Shown piece after piece: positions 54,470 through 64,000 of a stretch of 64,000 bases of DNA; position 1 is the first letter of the stretch; each line of letters begins with the position of its first letter. Location of the stretch: contig CM097885.1 in the NCBI GenBank assembly GCA_044892525.1, positions 35,218,001 through 35,282,000 on the forward strand, given 5' to 3'. Made by a program: the position numbers and the translations under genes. This DNA is from Schmidtea polychroa (Eukaryota). The notes under the pieces were generated by a model. The model ran no database searches. It was not told the origin of the DNA and was given only the letters and a program-made list of their open reading frames with translations.

Positions 54470-54764
54470 GTTGTATCAAATCGAAACTTATATATATTTT
54501 ACATTTATCAACCAATCAGAATCATTTGGTATTAGTATAAATAAAACATTATATTTTAAATTATTGTAAAAATGTCGCAAATAAATTTCATTGAAAACCT
54601 GGTAAATGAAGTAATCAACAAGATCATTATCGAAAGCCTCAGTTTCCTGATCGATCGGACCGAAAATATTATTGAAGGCAACCATAATGATTACGACGAT
54701 ATACTGAATACGGAATGCCTTGAAACAAAATGTTTTATTTTAATAGAATATAATAGAATGTAGA

Positions 54765-54806
54765 ACAGATTTAGGTATTATAATTATAATAATAATAATA
54801 ATAATA

Positions 54807-54857
<51 letters not shown>

Positions 54858-54875
54858 TTAGGTAAAGAATTCTAC
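54765..54875 (+). mobile_element. Tiny Polinton integrase fragment (TDLG|KEFY) with a microsatellite intron
   Basis: ACAGATTTAG|GTATT..(AAT)n(ATT)n..TTTTAG|GTAAAGAATTCTAC, matching 62897-62992 on the minus strand. Confidence 0.7.
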
Positions 54876-57115
54876 TGTAATGTAAAGCGATTTTTGTTAA
54901 TATTTTAGTGTTCACAATTAGGAATTGTGAATACTAAAATATAAAATGCCACCATCTGGGAAATCCAGATTTTTAAAAAAAAAACTATATAGCGATAATT
55001 TACTATAGTAAATTATAGGAAATAAAAAAATCGAAAGAAATTGAATGATTAATTATATGTCTTCAAAACTTCTATTTGTAAGTTCAAATGCTAAACAAAT
55101 TTGATAAAGAAACTGAATTAAGAAATTGAATTAAGAAACTGAATTAAGAAATTGAATTAAGAAACTGAATTAAGAAATTGAATTAAGAAACTGAATTAAG
55201 AAATTGAATTAAGGAACTGAATTAAGAAATTGAATTAAGAAACTGAATTAAGAAATTGAACTAAGATACTGAATTAAGAAATAGAATTAAGGAACTGAAT
55301 TAAGAAATTGAATTAAGAAACTGAATTAAGAAATCGAATTAAGAAACTGAATTGAGAAATTGAGTTAAGAAGCTGAATTGATCCAAGTAGTATTATTTTT
55401 ATTTTGTTCAGTAAACGTGTGATATTATTTGAATATTGTTGAATATTAATTTTGTTTTTTATTTATTATTGTTACATCACATAACACAGCCTGCACCCCG
55501 ATTGTCCCGCCACAAGTTTTAACGGAGACTCTTTCGGGCCCATCAATTTTCTTATTAAACATACAACTTAACAATTAGTGTCAGAAGCAAAGCAAACACA
55601 ACACGACACTCGCATTCGACGTTTTCTTTCAATCACGAAACCGTTCAGTATAGTTATTATAGAACTATAAAGGCTAGTGACACTGTTGGCCGAACACAGT
55701 AGGCCATACCCTTCAAACAAACCACTATTTTTTTCGCACAACAAAGCAATAAAAAAAACAGCAACAAAACAATTGATGGCGTCAAATCAAACAAATCCAA
55801 CAAATATTCCACAAATACCCAACAACTACGATAATACTCAAACACCTGAAAGCACAAATTACTACTACAACCCAAACACCAACCCAGAAAACACACATAC
55901 CATTAATTCAATAATCAACCCAAAAACAAATATCCTCAAATATTTCACAGATGACAACGGAACACCGCAAAAATGGTTAGAATTCGCGAAACTGACCCTA
56001 ACGCTATCGGGAGTTAAGTCAACAAAATCCCTATGCTCCAACATAATAGCAGCACTACCAAGCAACAAATTAAACGAAATCGCCGATCAAATCGATGAAA
56101 TATCAAAAGACGACGACCCTTTCACCAAACTGTGTAACCTATTGACCAACAAAAACAAGGTCAACAGAAGACTCCTGAACAAAATAACAGAACCTGACAG
56201 CTACCCATTACCGATAATAAAAGACATAATAAATCGAATAAACGGCGCAAAATATTTTTCAAAAATTGACATACAAAAAGCATATCATCAGATCCCAATT
56301 AGAAAAGAGGACATAAAAAAGACAGCAATAACAACACCGATCGGCATGTTCGAATACAACTGAATGCCTTTCGGCCTACGAAACGCCGCAGCAACTTTCC
56401 AACGATTCATGGATCAAACAATGAAAAACAACAAAAACACAATCGCTTATCTGGCCGACATCCTAATAACAAGCCCAGGCAAAGAAACACATCTAAAGGA
56501 CGTGGAAAAAGTGTTCGAAACGCTGGACAATGCAAAACTAAAAATAAACACTCAAAAGTGCGAATTTATGAAAACGGAAATAAATTTCCTTGGTCATACG
56601 CTAAACGACAAAGGAACACAACCAATAGAAAACAAAATAAACAATATAAAAAATTACAAATTACCAACAAACACAAGAGAATTGAGAAGATTTTTGGGAA
56701 TGGTAAACTTTTACCATTCTTACATCCCAAATTGCAGCAACCTACTGGCACCACTAAACGACATTATCAAAACCAAACGAAACGTAACAATAAACTGGAC
56801 ACAACAAACAACCGACACATTCAATAAAGCCAAAGAAAGCCTATCAACGGCAACACTACTCGGTTACCCAGATCCAGAACTAGAGTGTCAACTAACTACA
56901 GACTGTTCTGGTTTTGCAATGGGCGCAACAATTTTCCAGGAAAATAAATTCGGCAAACAACCACTGGGATTTTTCTCGAAAAAACTAAAATCACATCAAA
57001 CAAGATACTCAACATTCGACAGAGAACTCTTAGCAATACACGAAGCAATCAAACACTTTCAACATTTAATCGAAGGACGAATCTTCAAGATATACACGGA
57101 TCACAAACCGCTAAC
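54876..57115 (+). mobile_element. Truncated Ty3/Gypsy element: 5' LTR, gag remnant fused by deletion to RT-RNase H
   Basis: TG start; PBS-like TAGTGTCAGAAG near 55578; DSYPLP, KIDIQKAYHQI, MPFGLRNA, YLAD (broken YxDD), TDHKPL; stop at 56361; cut off at 57115. Confidence 0.85.
55108..55380. repeat. Tandem 13-bp repeat, GAATTAAGAAA(C/T)T (26-bp higher-order unit), inside the LTR
   Basis: About 20 adjacent units with alternating C/T and no spacers. Confidence 0.9.
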
Positions 57116-57662
57116 AGTAGGGTAATGTGTGGAGACGGGAACAAAGACATACGACGTCATACCCCCACCCCCGGGGGAGGAGGGGTTTAAAATTTTTTTT
57201 TTAAATTACGTAACAAGGACATATGACTCATCAAGGTCATTGAAACAAAGACATATTGCATAACAAAGGAAAAAATTTTGAACAAAGACACATCATACTT
57301 TTTAAATATATTACGTTGCGGTATTTTAAAATTTAATTATATTTTAATTATTAAATATATTACGTTGCGGTATTTTAAATTTTAATTATATTTTAATTAT
57401 TGAATATATTACGTTGCGGTATTTTAAATTTTAAATTTTAAAAAACTTATTTTGACGATTAAGTTGACAAAATAAAATTATTGCACATACTTTGTATATA
57501 TAGTCTATCAGACAAGATATTCTGTCCCCCTATGGTCACACAAAATGTATAAAAATATTATTAGTGTCCACACATGCAACAAGTTAGTGTTCTCATCGAT
57601 AGCTCATCTTAAAGTCTAGTATAAGATCTATCTATTGATATATTATAATAATAATAATAATA

Positions 57663-57710
<48 letters not shown>

Positions 57711-58042
57711 CTATATACTCCGAGTCTATCCGACAAAATATTTTGTCCCCCTATGGGTACTGCTCACAAGGGTAAAGGTCACAAAGGTAAAGGTCACAAA
57801 TGTACTGCTAAAAATATTCAAGACAAAACTTTAACAAAGATATTATACTTTAAATATACACTAAAATTTATTAACACACTGGGTAAAGGTCACAAAGGTA
57901 ACTAATGTATTATTAAAAATATTCAAAACAAAACTTTAACATATTATTATTACACACAATGTATAAAAAATTGTTCACAAAGTTACTGTTAAAAATATTC
58001 AAGACAATAAGATCAATACATTTATTAAATAATTTAACCACA

Positions 58043-58460
58043 TCATCGAAAATAATCATGTCCAAAATAATTATCATCTGCTGGATCATGGAAATCATCT
58101 GTATCATCTGCTGAGATAGCTTCCGTTGAATCTATAAATATATCGGTGTCACCGCCCCTATAATGGCAATATGCCAAACTTTGATTTTTATCCACCCAAT
58201 TTCGCTTATCATCTCTACATGTCAAGGCTCTTTTATTATTTTTAATACTAAAAAGTTGGTGATTTTTTGACGTTATTCTAAACTGAGGGACTGTGTATAT
58301 TTTATCATTTAAATAACAATCTAGATACGACTGATGTGTTAGTCCAGTATCTTTCATACTTATCCCCTTAGCCTTCATACTTTCCTAATCACCCATCAAA
58401 CTGTAACATTTAGGTCTCAAGAACACCCAATCTTTATATAATAACCCTTTATTCTCGTCA
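58043..58460 (-). pseudogene. Protein-primed PolB C-terminal fragment
   Basis: FLRPKCYS*..KAKG..ITSKNHQLFSIKNNKRAL..DDKR..SLAYCHY. Confidence 0.85.
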
Positions 58461-58520
58461 TAAATGAATAAATCTTCTTTTCATAAGTTTCTTTATAATC
58501 TTCTTTTAATTATTATAATA

Positions 58521-58559
<39 letters not shown>

Positions 58560-59283
58560 ATTGTTTAAAAAACTTAAAAACCTCAAAAACGTATAACAAT
58601 AAATAAATACTTACATTTTCCTCCTTTCGAAAGAAATTTTCCAGCATCAGGACCAGCAGAAGTATTTATTACATTTCCATCTAAAAGCACAATAAAAATA
58701 ATAATGATAATAAGAGTAAACTATTACCATTTATTCTATTCATGTCTACAGCTTGTCCGTCGATATTCATTTTAATTTGTTGATTAGTACCTAATAATCA
58801 TATTAAAAATAATAAATTTACCATTAATTCCTCCAACGATCTTTCCGTCAACTCTTTGAATATTGTTGTTGTTGTTGTTCATGTAGTTAAATATTGTTAA
58901 TAGATTTTTAAAAGTGATGAAAAAATGAAAGTGTAGACTATATAAGAGAGATATTACAGGTTTTATTAACCGACCAATGAAAATAGAGATAGGATAGGAA
59001 AAGACACTACATGTTTGTTTATACAAACCATGACGAAATAATGACCTTTACATGTCTTTATTACTCAGTGCTTTGTTACTTTGCACTGTGCATGCACTGA
59101 ACATGTAATAGTATTACATAATAATTTTAAACATAAAATTTAACAAATAATATTTTAAACATAAAATAATAATATTTAACAAATAATAATAATATTTAAC
59201 AAATAATATTTTAAACATAAAATAATAATGTTTAACAAATAATTAAAATAGTCATCAAATAAAAATCATACAGTATACATTTA

Positions 59284-59630
59284 TTAACCATCAAATTCTT
59301 TATACAACAACCATGCCAAACAGTGTTGACCACATGTTTGAGTCAATGGATTTTGAAACATAGTTTTATTATATACAATAGGTTTCCCAATTGTTTGAAG
59401 TTTTGATATCAATAAAGCAGGATAATAGAAACCCATAGGATCGAATACGAATATATTACTAGGTTTCACATATATAGCTATCAAATGTTCTCCACCAAGA
59501 TGAGACGAATGAGTATTGACAATTATGGTTTGATTATTGCTCAAATAAGGAATTTTATCGAGAGGAAAAACTCCTACAAATTCATTTCCTAATATTTGAT
59601 TTCCAATTCGATTAACCTGCACAGAACTAT
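59284..59630 (-). CDS. Adenain-like cysteine protease
   Basis: FVGVFP, IVNT, GEHL, FDPMG, Q..TCGQHC (H-D-Q-C order). Confidence 0.88.
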
Positions 59631-59696
59631 TTTAATAAAATTAAACAGTAACAAAAAACCTTACTCCATGACACCTTTTTGTGTTTCTGTATACAT

Positions 59697-60919
59697 TTAT
59701 ACTAGCACTGTTCTATTTGCAGTAATTTGAACTTCATTTTCAAATACTCCATATATTATAACATGTACTGGTTCTGTAATGGCCTTTGCAAACTTAATAT
59801 CCAGTCGTAAATTCCCGTTTTGTGGTAGTTGACTCTGATTTAAATCAAAATCGGGAGCTAAAACAAATGTGAAAAATGGATATTTGCTTTTAAATTCTTC
59901 TAGAGTTATTCCGCAATTCAAGTTTTTATCTAAGTAACCCAGATTTCTAACAATACTCTACATATATGTCGCACAGTAATTATCGCTTTCGAAATCTTGA
60001 GTATATGTTTCTCTATAATCAGTATTTTTGGACAAAGTCAATGAAGTAACACCAAAATTTTGAAAATTGAGCTGGAAGCAGTATAAGATCCATTATATTG
60101 CGTTTCACTTTGAAATGTTACCAGAATAAAATTAGGCATTCTTCTGTCACCAAATATTTGTTCTTTATAGAATGATGAAGCACCTTTAGCAATAGCAAAT
60201 TGTACAATTTCCTTTGTTTTTAATGGATAAATTGCATGTTTTGAATTAAGACCCAATTGATGACCAGCTAATACTGACGGGTCTACTCGAACTCTTCTCA
60301 CCAATAATTTTGCATCAACTAATTGGCATATTGGTGCACCAGTTGCACTAGTAAGACATAATGCAGAATCGGACCTTTTCAATCTAATGTGTACATTAAC
60401 TCCTGGTAGCAAATATTTCGGTTGATCCATAATATCAAGTTGTAATGATGAGCACATAGTGAATGATTTTGAGCCTTTAACCCACTTTTTTCTTTCATCA
60501 TCTGTTGCTGCATAACTCATAGGTGTAAGACAGGTATTTTTAGTATCGGAATTGTAATTTAAAATAGTTTCTATCAAAGCCTTGTGAATGAATGTATTAT
60601 TTCCGCCCTCAATCTTAATATTATTAAATCCCAACACTGCATCTTTAAAAAGAGTATGAAACATGAAATTGTTTGGTATTACATCTGCATTGGCATCCAA
60701 AACTTTTCTATCTTTATCTACAACCTTGATCTGAACAGTCAATAAATTATCGTTCAAATCTAAATATTCAGTTTGCGACCCATTAATATAAAACTCGATA
60801 TCATTTCTACTATCGGTAATTGAATTCATAGGAAAAACTTCCTCAAATACCCCAAATTCTATTACAGCTTGAGGCGATGGTCTATCAAATATATATAATT
60901 CGGATTTACCACAAATCAT
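59697..60919 (-). pseudogene. Major capsid protein, frameshifted near 60060
   Basis: KSELYIF..Q, IEFYING..EYLDL, QPKYLLPGV..L.RS and C-terminal GNLRLDIKF..VIIYGVFEN; split over two ORFs. Confidence 0.85.
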
Positions 60920-61278
60920 TTTGCAAATATAGTTCCATGTCCTTTCATTAGTTTGTTTATACGCGATATTCCATGTCTTTTACGTTTTGGAGCTGGGGCT
61001 GGAGGCGTATCTTTTTGAAACATACCAGCAACTCCAGGTCGAACCTTCCCTAACTCAGCTAAAGCATTTGTTTATAGGGATGGTAATATTTTCTGTTCAT
61101 TCATAATAACATCTTTTGCAGTTTTCATACCAAAACTACCAATACGTTTAAGAATAGGAAGTGCAAATCTCCCTATTGTTTTTAACCAACCTGATCCGTA
61201 CTGTTTACCAATAAAATATGGTAATTTACCGCCAGATTGGCTATCACTATATATACTAATAATATCGGAATTAGCCAT
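60916..61278 (-). pseudogene. Cupiennin/pVI-like amphipathic virion protein with a premature stop
   Basis: QSGG..F.G.QYGSGWLKTIGRFALPILK; after TAA at 61072 the frame continues to a basic tail whose stop overlaps the capsid ATG. Confidence 0.65.
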
Positions 61279-62290
61279 CTACTTTACGAAAATGTAGTGT
61301 CAAATGAGTTTTTGAGTCTTTTGGGAAGTTTATAAGTTTTCCACTATCATCACGAATATTTATTTCTATATTGTTTATACATGAGCTTGAAATTGGTAAA
61401 TACATGGGATTATCTATATTTATATTGACAACTTCATCATGTTCATATTTTCCAATCCACACCGATTTCAATAGAGGAACACTGGAATCACCAACAATTA
61501 TAGGCTCAATAATATTAGTATATATGAACATTTGTTGATGATGTTCAAGTATTCTTGGTTTACGTATACCAGCCGATTTTTCCCGATATTGCTGCTTCTC
61601 TAATCCAAGTGTATTTGTCAAATTTTTATCAAATGTAACTTCGCCTATATCATCATTCAAACTGAATGTAAATAACAAATCTTTCACAATGTCCAAACTT
61701 TTAAATATGTGTGAACAATTGTGAACAATATTTAAGTAACACATCAAGTTTATCAATATATAATTCGTCAGCAAAGGTGAATGATTCTTCAACTTCATTA
61801 TTATACGACTCTGATATTTTGATTTCTTCTCTCATTACACTGTTTGCTTCAAATAGATCAAAGCGTAATAAATATTCTGTTTCCAAAACTTCATTTTTCA
61901 ACTTATTGCAACCCAATCGTTTGGCATCTTCAATATAGTCGAATGTTATTGTAAATGGTTTAAAATCACAACTGATATTTAATCCATCCTTGTAAAACAT
62001 AGAGCAATGCTGATCTAATATTTGATTCGGAATATGATATGTTTTATCATAATTACGGATAATAAAGATACCGCTACATGTTTTCATAGCATTCCTTTTG
62101 AAATCAATCTTACATTGACTATAAAATGGGAATGTATTGTACACTAATGTAAAATCTTGCAGTGCAACTTCCCAGTCACCATTTAAAGAAATCGGATTCT
62201 GGAGATTGACCATGAATTTACTGGCTTGATTATCTGGATGAATAAGCGGGCAACTATTGCTTGGTAAAATAGTATAAAAATTCACTTTAC
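61271..62290 (-). pseudogene. Minor capsid (penton-like, single jelly-roll), frameshifted near 61710
   Basis: FYTILPSNS..PDN..S.F..L..PISL.GDWEVAL; MFIYTNIIEP..VGD..VPLL; YLPI..INNIEINIRDD.G. Confidence 0.82.
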
Positions 62291-62914
62291 TAGATCCTTT
62301 TCTGATATACATGATGGGTTTTGATAACTATGCCATTTAACATAATATTGTTTATCCTTGCCGACCTTTTTAGTTTTCAATATCTTTTGAATTCTAAATA
62401 CTTTTGGGGGAGGAATAACTTGTAATTCTTGCTCATAAAACTTTCCTTGTACAATATTGTTATCATAATCACTGATGACATACATTACAGGATTCTGACT
62501 AGTATTTATTTTTGAAATTACAAAGACTTCATCACTCCAATTTGTATCGAAATTTTTAATAAATGGTGATGCACTAATTTTACTAATTCTAACATGGTCA
62601 CCGACTTTATATTTAGGTTTTGCAATTTTTACAGATTTCTTAGAAGTCAATGATGTTTTTGATGTAATATCAACCGGTCTCAATCCATTCAGTCCTCGAT
62701 GTGATGAATGATTATAACTTGTTATTATTTTCGGTAAAGCATTTACCCATTTTTTATTACCTTGATGCACGAATAATTTCTTTAATCTCTCTCTCAATGT
62801 TCTGTTAAATCTTTCAACGTGGGCAGCTTTGTATTGAGAATGTACCGAGTAATGGTTTATTTTCAATTTATTGAGGATTTCCTTGACTTTACTGTTGTAG
62901 AATTCTTTACCTAA

Positions 62915-62982
<68 letters not shown>

Positions 62983-63195
62983 CTAAATCCGTTTGCAAGT
63001 TATTAGGATGTCCATCTTTAAATAAATCATTAACAGCTTTAGACATTTCATCTGCAGATTTTGCCTTGACGGGTATTGCTCTGGCAAACTGACTGAATAC
63101 ATCAATACATGTTAAAATATATTTATACCCATTGTTAATTTTCGAATAGGGTATCATCTCCATCAAATCCATTTGCCATAAATCATGGTAAAATA
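62282..63195 (-). CDS. Polinton rve integrase with C-terminal chromodomain, 5'-truncated, containing a putative 72-nt intron (62911-62982)
   Basis: DLWQMDL, CIDVFS, LQTDLG|KEF, VERFNRTL, FRIQKIL..YYVKW. Confidence 0.88.
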
Positions 63196-63205
63196 TTAGT
63201 TGTCT

Positions 63206-64000
63206 CGCGTCTGTGTGCGCTTTTTTCTTTGTTTTGGTTGTGTGCGCACACAGACGCGTAAAATTAAAATGTAGAAATTTTTAATCCGATCCTCGCGTCT
63301 GTGTGCGCTTTTCTTTTCTTTGTGTTTGGCTGTGTGCACACACAGACGCGAGCAAGAGGTAAGTTGTTAATCTTTTAGATTTTAGATTTTTATCGATTTT
63401 GAATTTGTTAATTAGAGTTGGAATTTTATCGACGTTTGGAATGAATGATGATTAATTTGAATACATGTGGCTATTGCAATAAAGAGAGTTGTTAAAGATG
63501 GCAATGGAACTCGAGTTGTTGAACTCTTATGGATTTGGTTTTTCGTTTTGTATTATGAGCTTCCGATTAAAGATGGCAACATCTAAATATAACGGGGGAT
63601 TGATGGTTCTCGGTGATTTAGTGGCAAGGTTGAATAGAACCCGCAGCAAAATGGAAATAGAAACTATTTGTAAAGACGATGTTATCAGATCTATCAAATC
63701 TATTAAAATTCTGGGTAATGGATTCTCTCTAATCACATTTTCTCGAGACCGGCAATTAGTTCAATCTGTACCTGAGCAAAATGGCCGAATCGATATTGTT
63801 TTGTGTTCAGAAAGGAATAATATGAGATCAAATTTATGTGTAGCTACACAAAGACAGGTTCCAGATAAAATGATTGAGAAGAGTTCAGCTACAAGATTGT
63901 TTAATATTACTGAAAGTACTGGAAGTGTTATGACTGGTATGATCCCTGATTATCGATCTCAAGTATGTCGTGCACAAATGGAAGCAGCTCGATTTAGATA
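63206..64000 (+). pseudogene. Hairpin-leader chimeric unit C: SNF8/VPS22 fragment fused in frame to a proteasome alpha-1 (PSMA6) fragment; runs off the window
   Basis: Two leader hairpins and a donor at 63359. Open frame from ATG 63573: NGGLM..DDVIRSIKSIKILGNGF..LVQSVPE, then VATQRQVPDKM..LFNITE..VMTGMIPDYRSQV.RA..EAA. Confidence 0.8.

Larger units (their letters stand above)
57116..63200 (-). mobile_element. Polinton/Maverick element 2, decayed, different lineage from element 1
   Basis: Begins AGTAG exactly where the Gypsy RNase H breaks; 49-bp x3 subterminal repeats (57304-57440); pPolB C-terminus, adenain, major capsid, cupiennin-like protein, penton, integrase with chromodomain. Confidence 0.9.

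Noticed and set aside
55108..55380. Regular repeat array resembling CRISPR
   Set aside because: Adjacent 13-bp units without unique spacers, inside an LTR, in eukaryotic DNA with no cas genes.

Overview
AT-rich eukaryotic genomic DNA. It is most likely a free-living flatworm; this is an inference from a trematode-type two-domain phosphagen kinase, many 42-55 nt introns and (AAT)n/(AT)n tracts. Two host genes are visible: a 5'-incomplete two-domain taurocyamine/arginine-kinase-like gene (+, 6929-19178, 11 exons in the window) and a large minus-strand gene encoding signal peptide, kringle, apextrin-C-like repeats and a TM helix (~23036-52506). The rest is largely mobile DNA: two distinct Polinton/Maverick (adintovirus-like) elements (1-6215 and 57116-~63200), a young full-length Ty3/Gypsy element with 293/294-identical LTRs, older Gypsy remnants, hAT, piggyBac and pogo MITEs, a Helitron-like element and hammerhead-bearing Penelope-like ends. 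Most notable: (1) a recurring hairpin leader (CGCGTCTGTGTGCGC...GCGCACACAGACGCG plus a splice donor) at three loci, each followed by sense-oriented, internally deleted fragments of conserved housekeeping genes (RACK1+PRP19; actin; SNF8+PSMA6 in one open frame); (2) three tRNA-like Pol III units inside a Polinton, possibly analogous to adenovirus VA RNAs; (3) a microsatellite-filled GT-AG intron at the same site in two Polinton integrase copies. All family assignments come from recognising motifs by eye, not from database searches.
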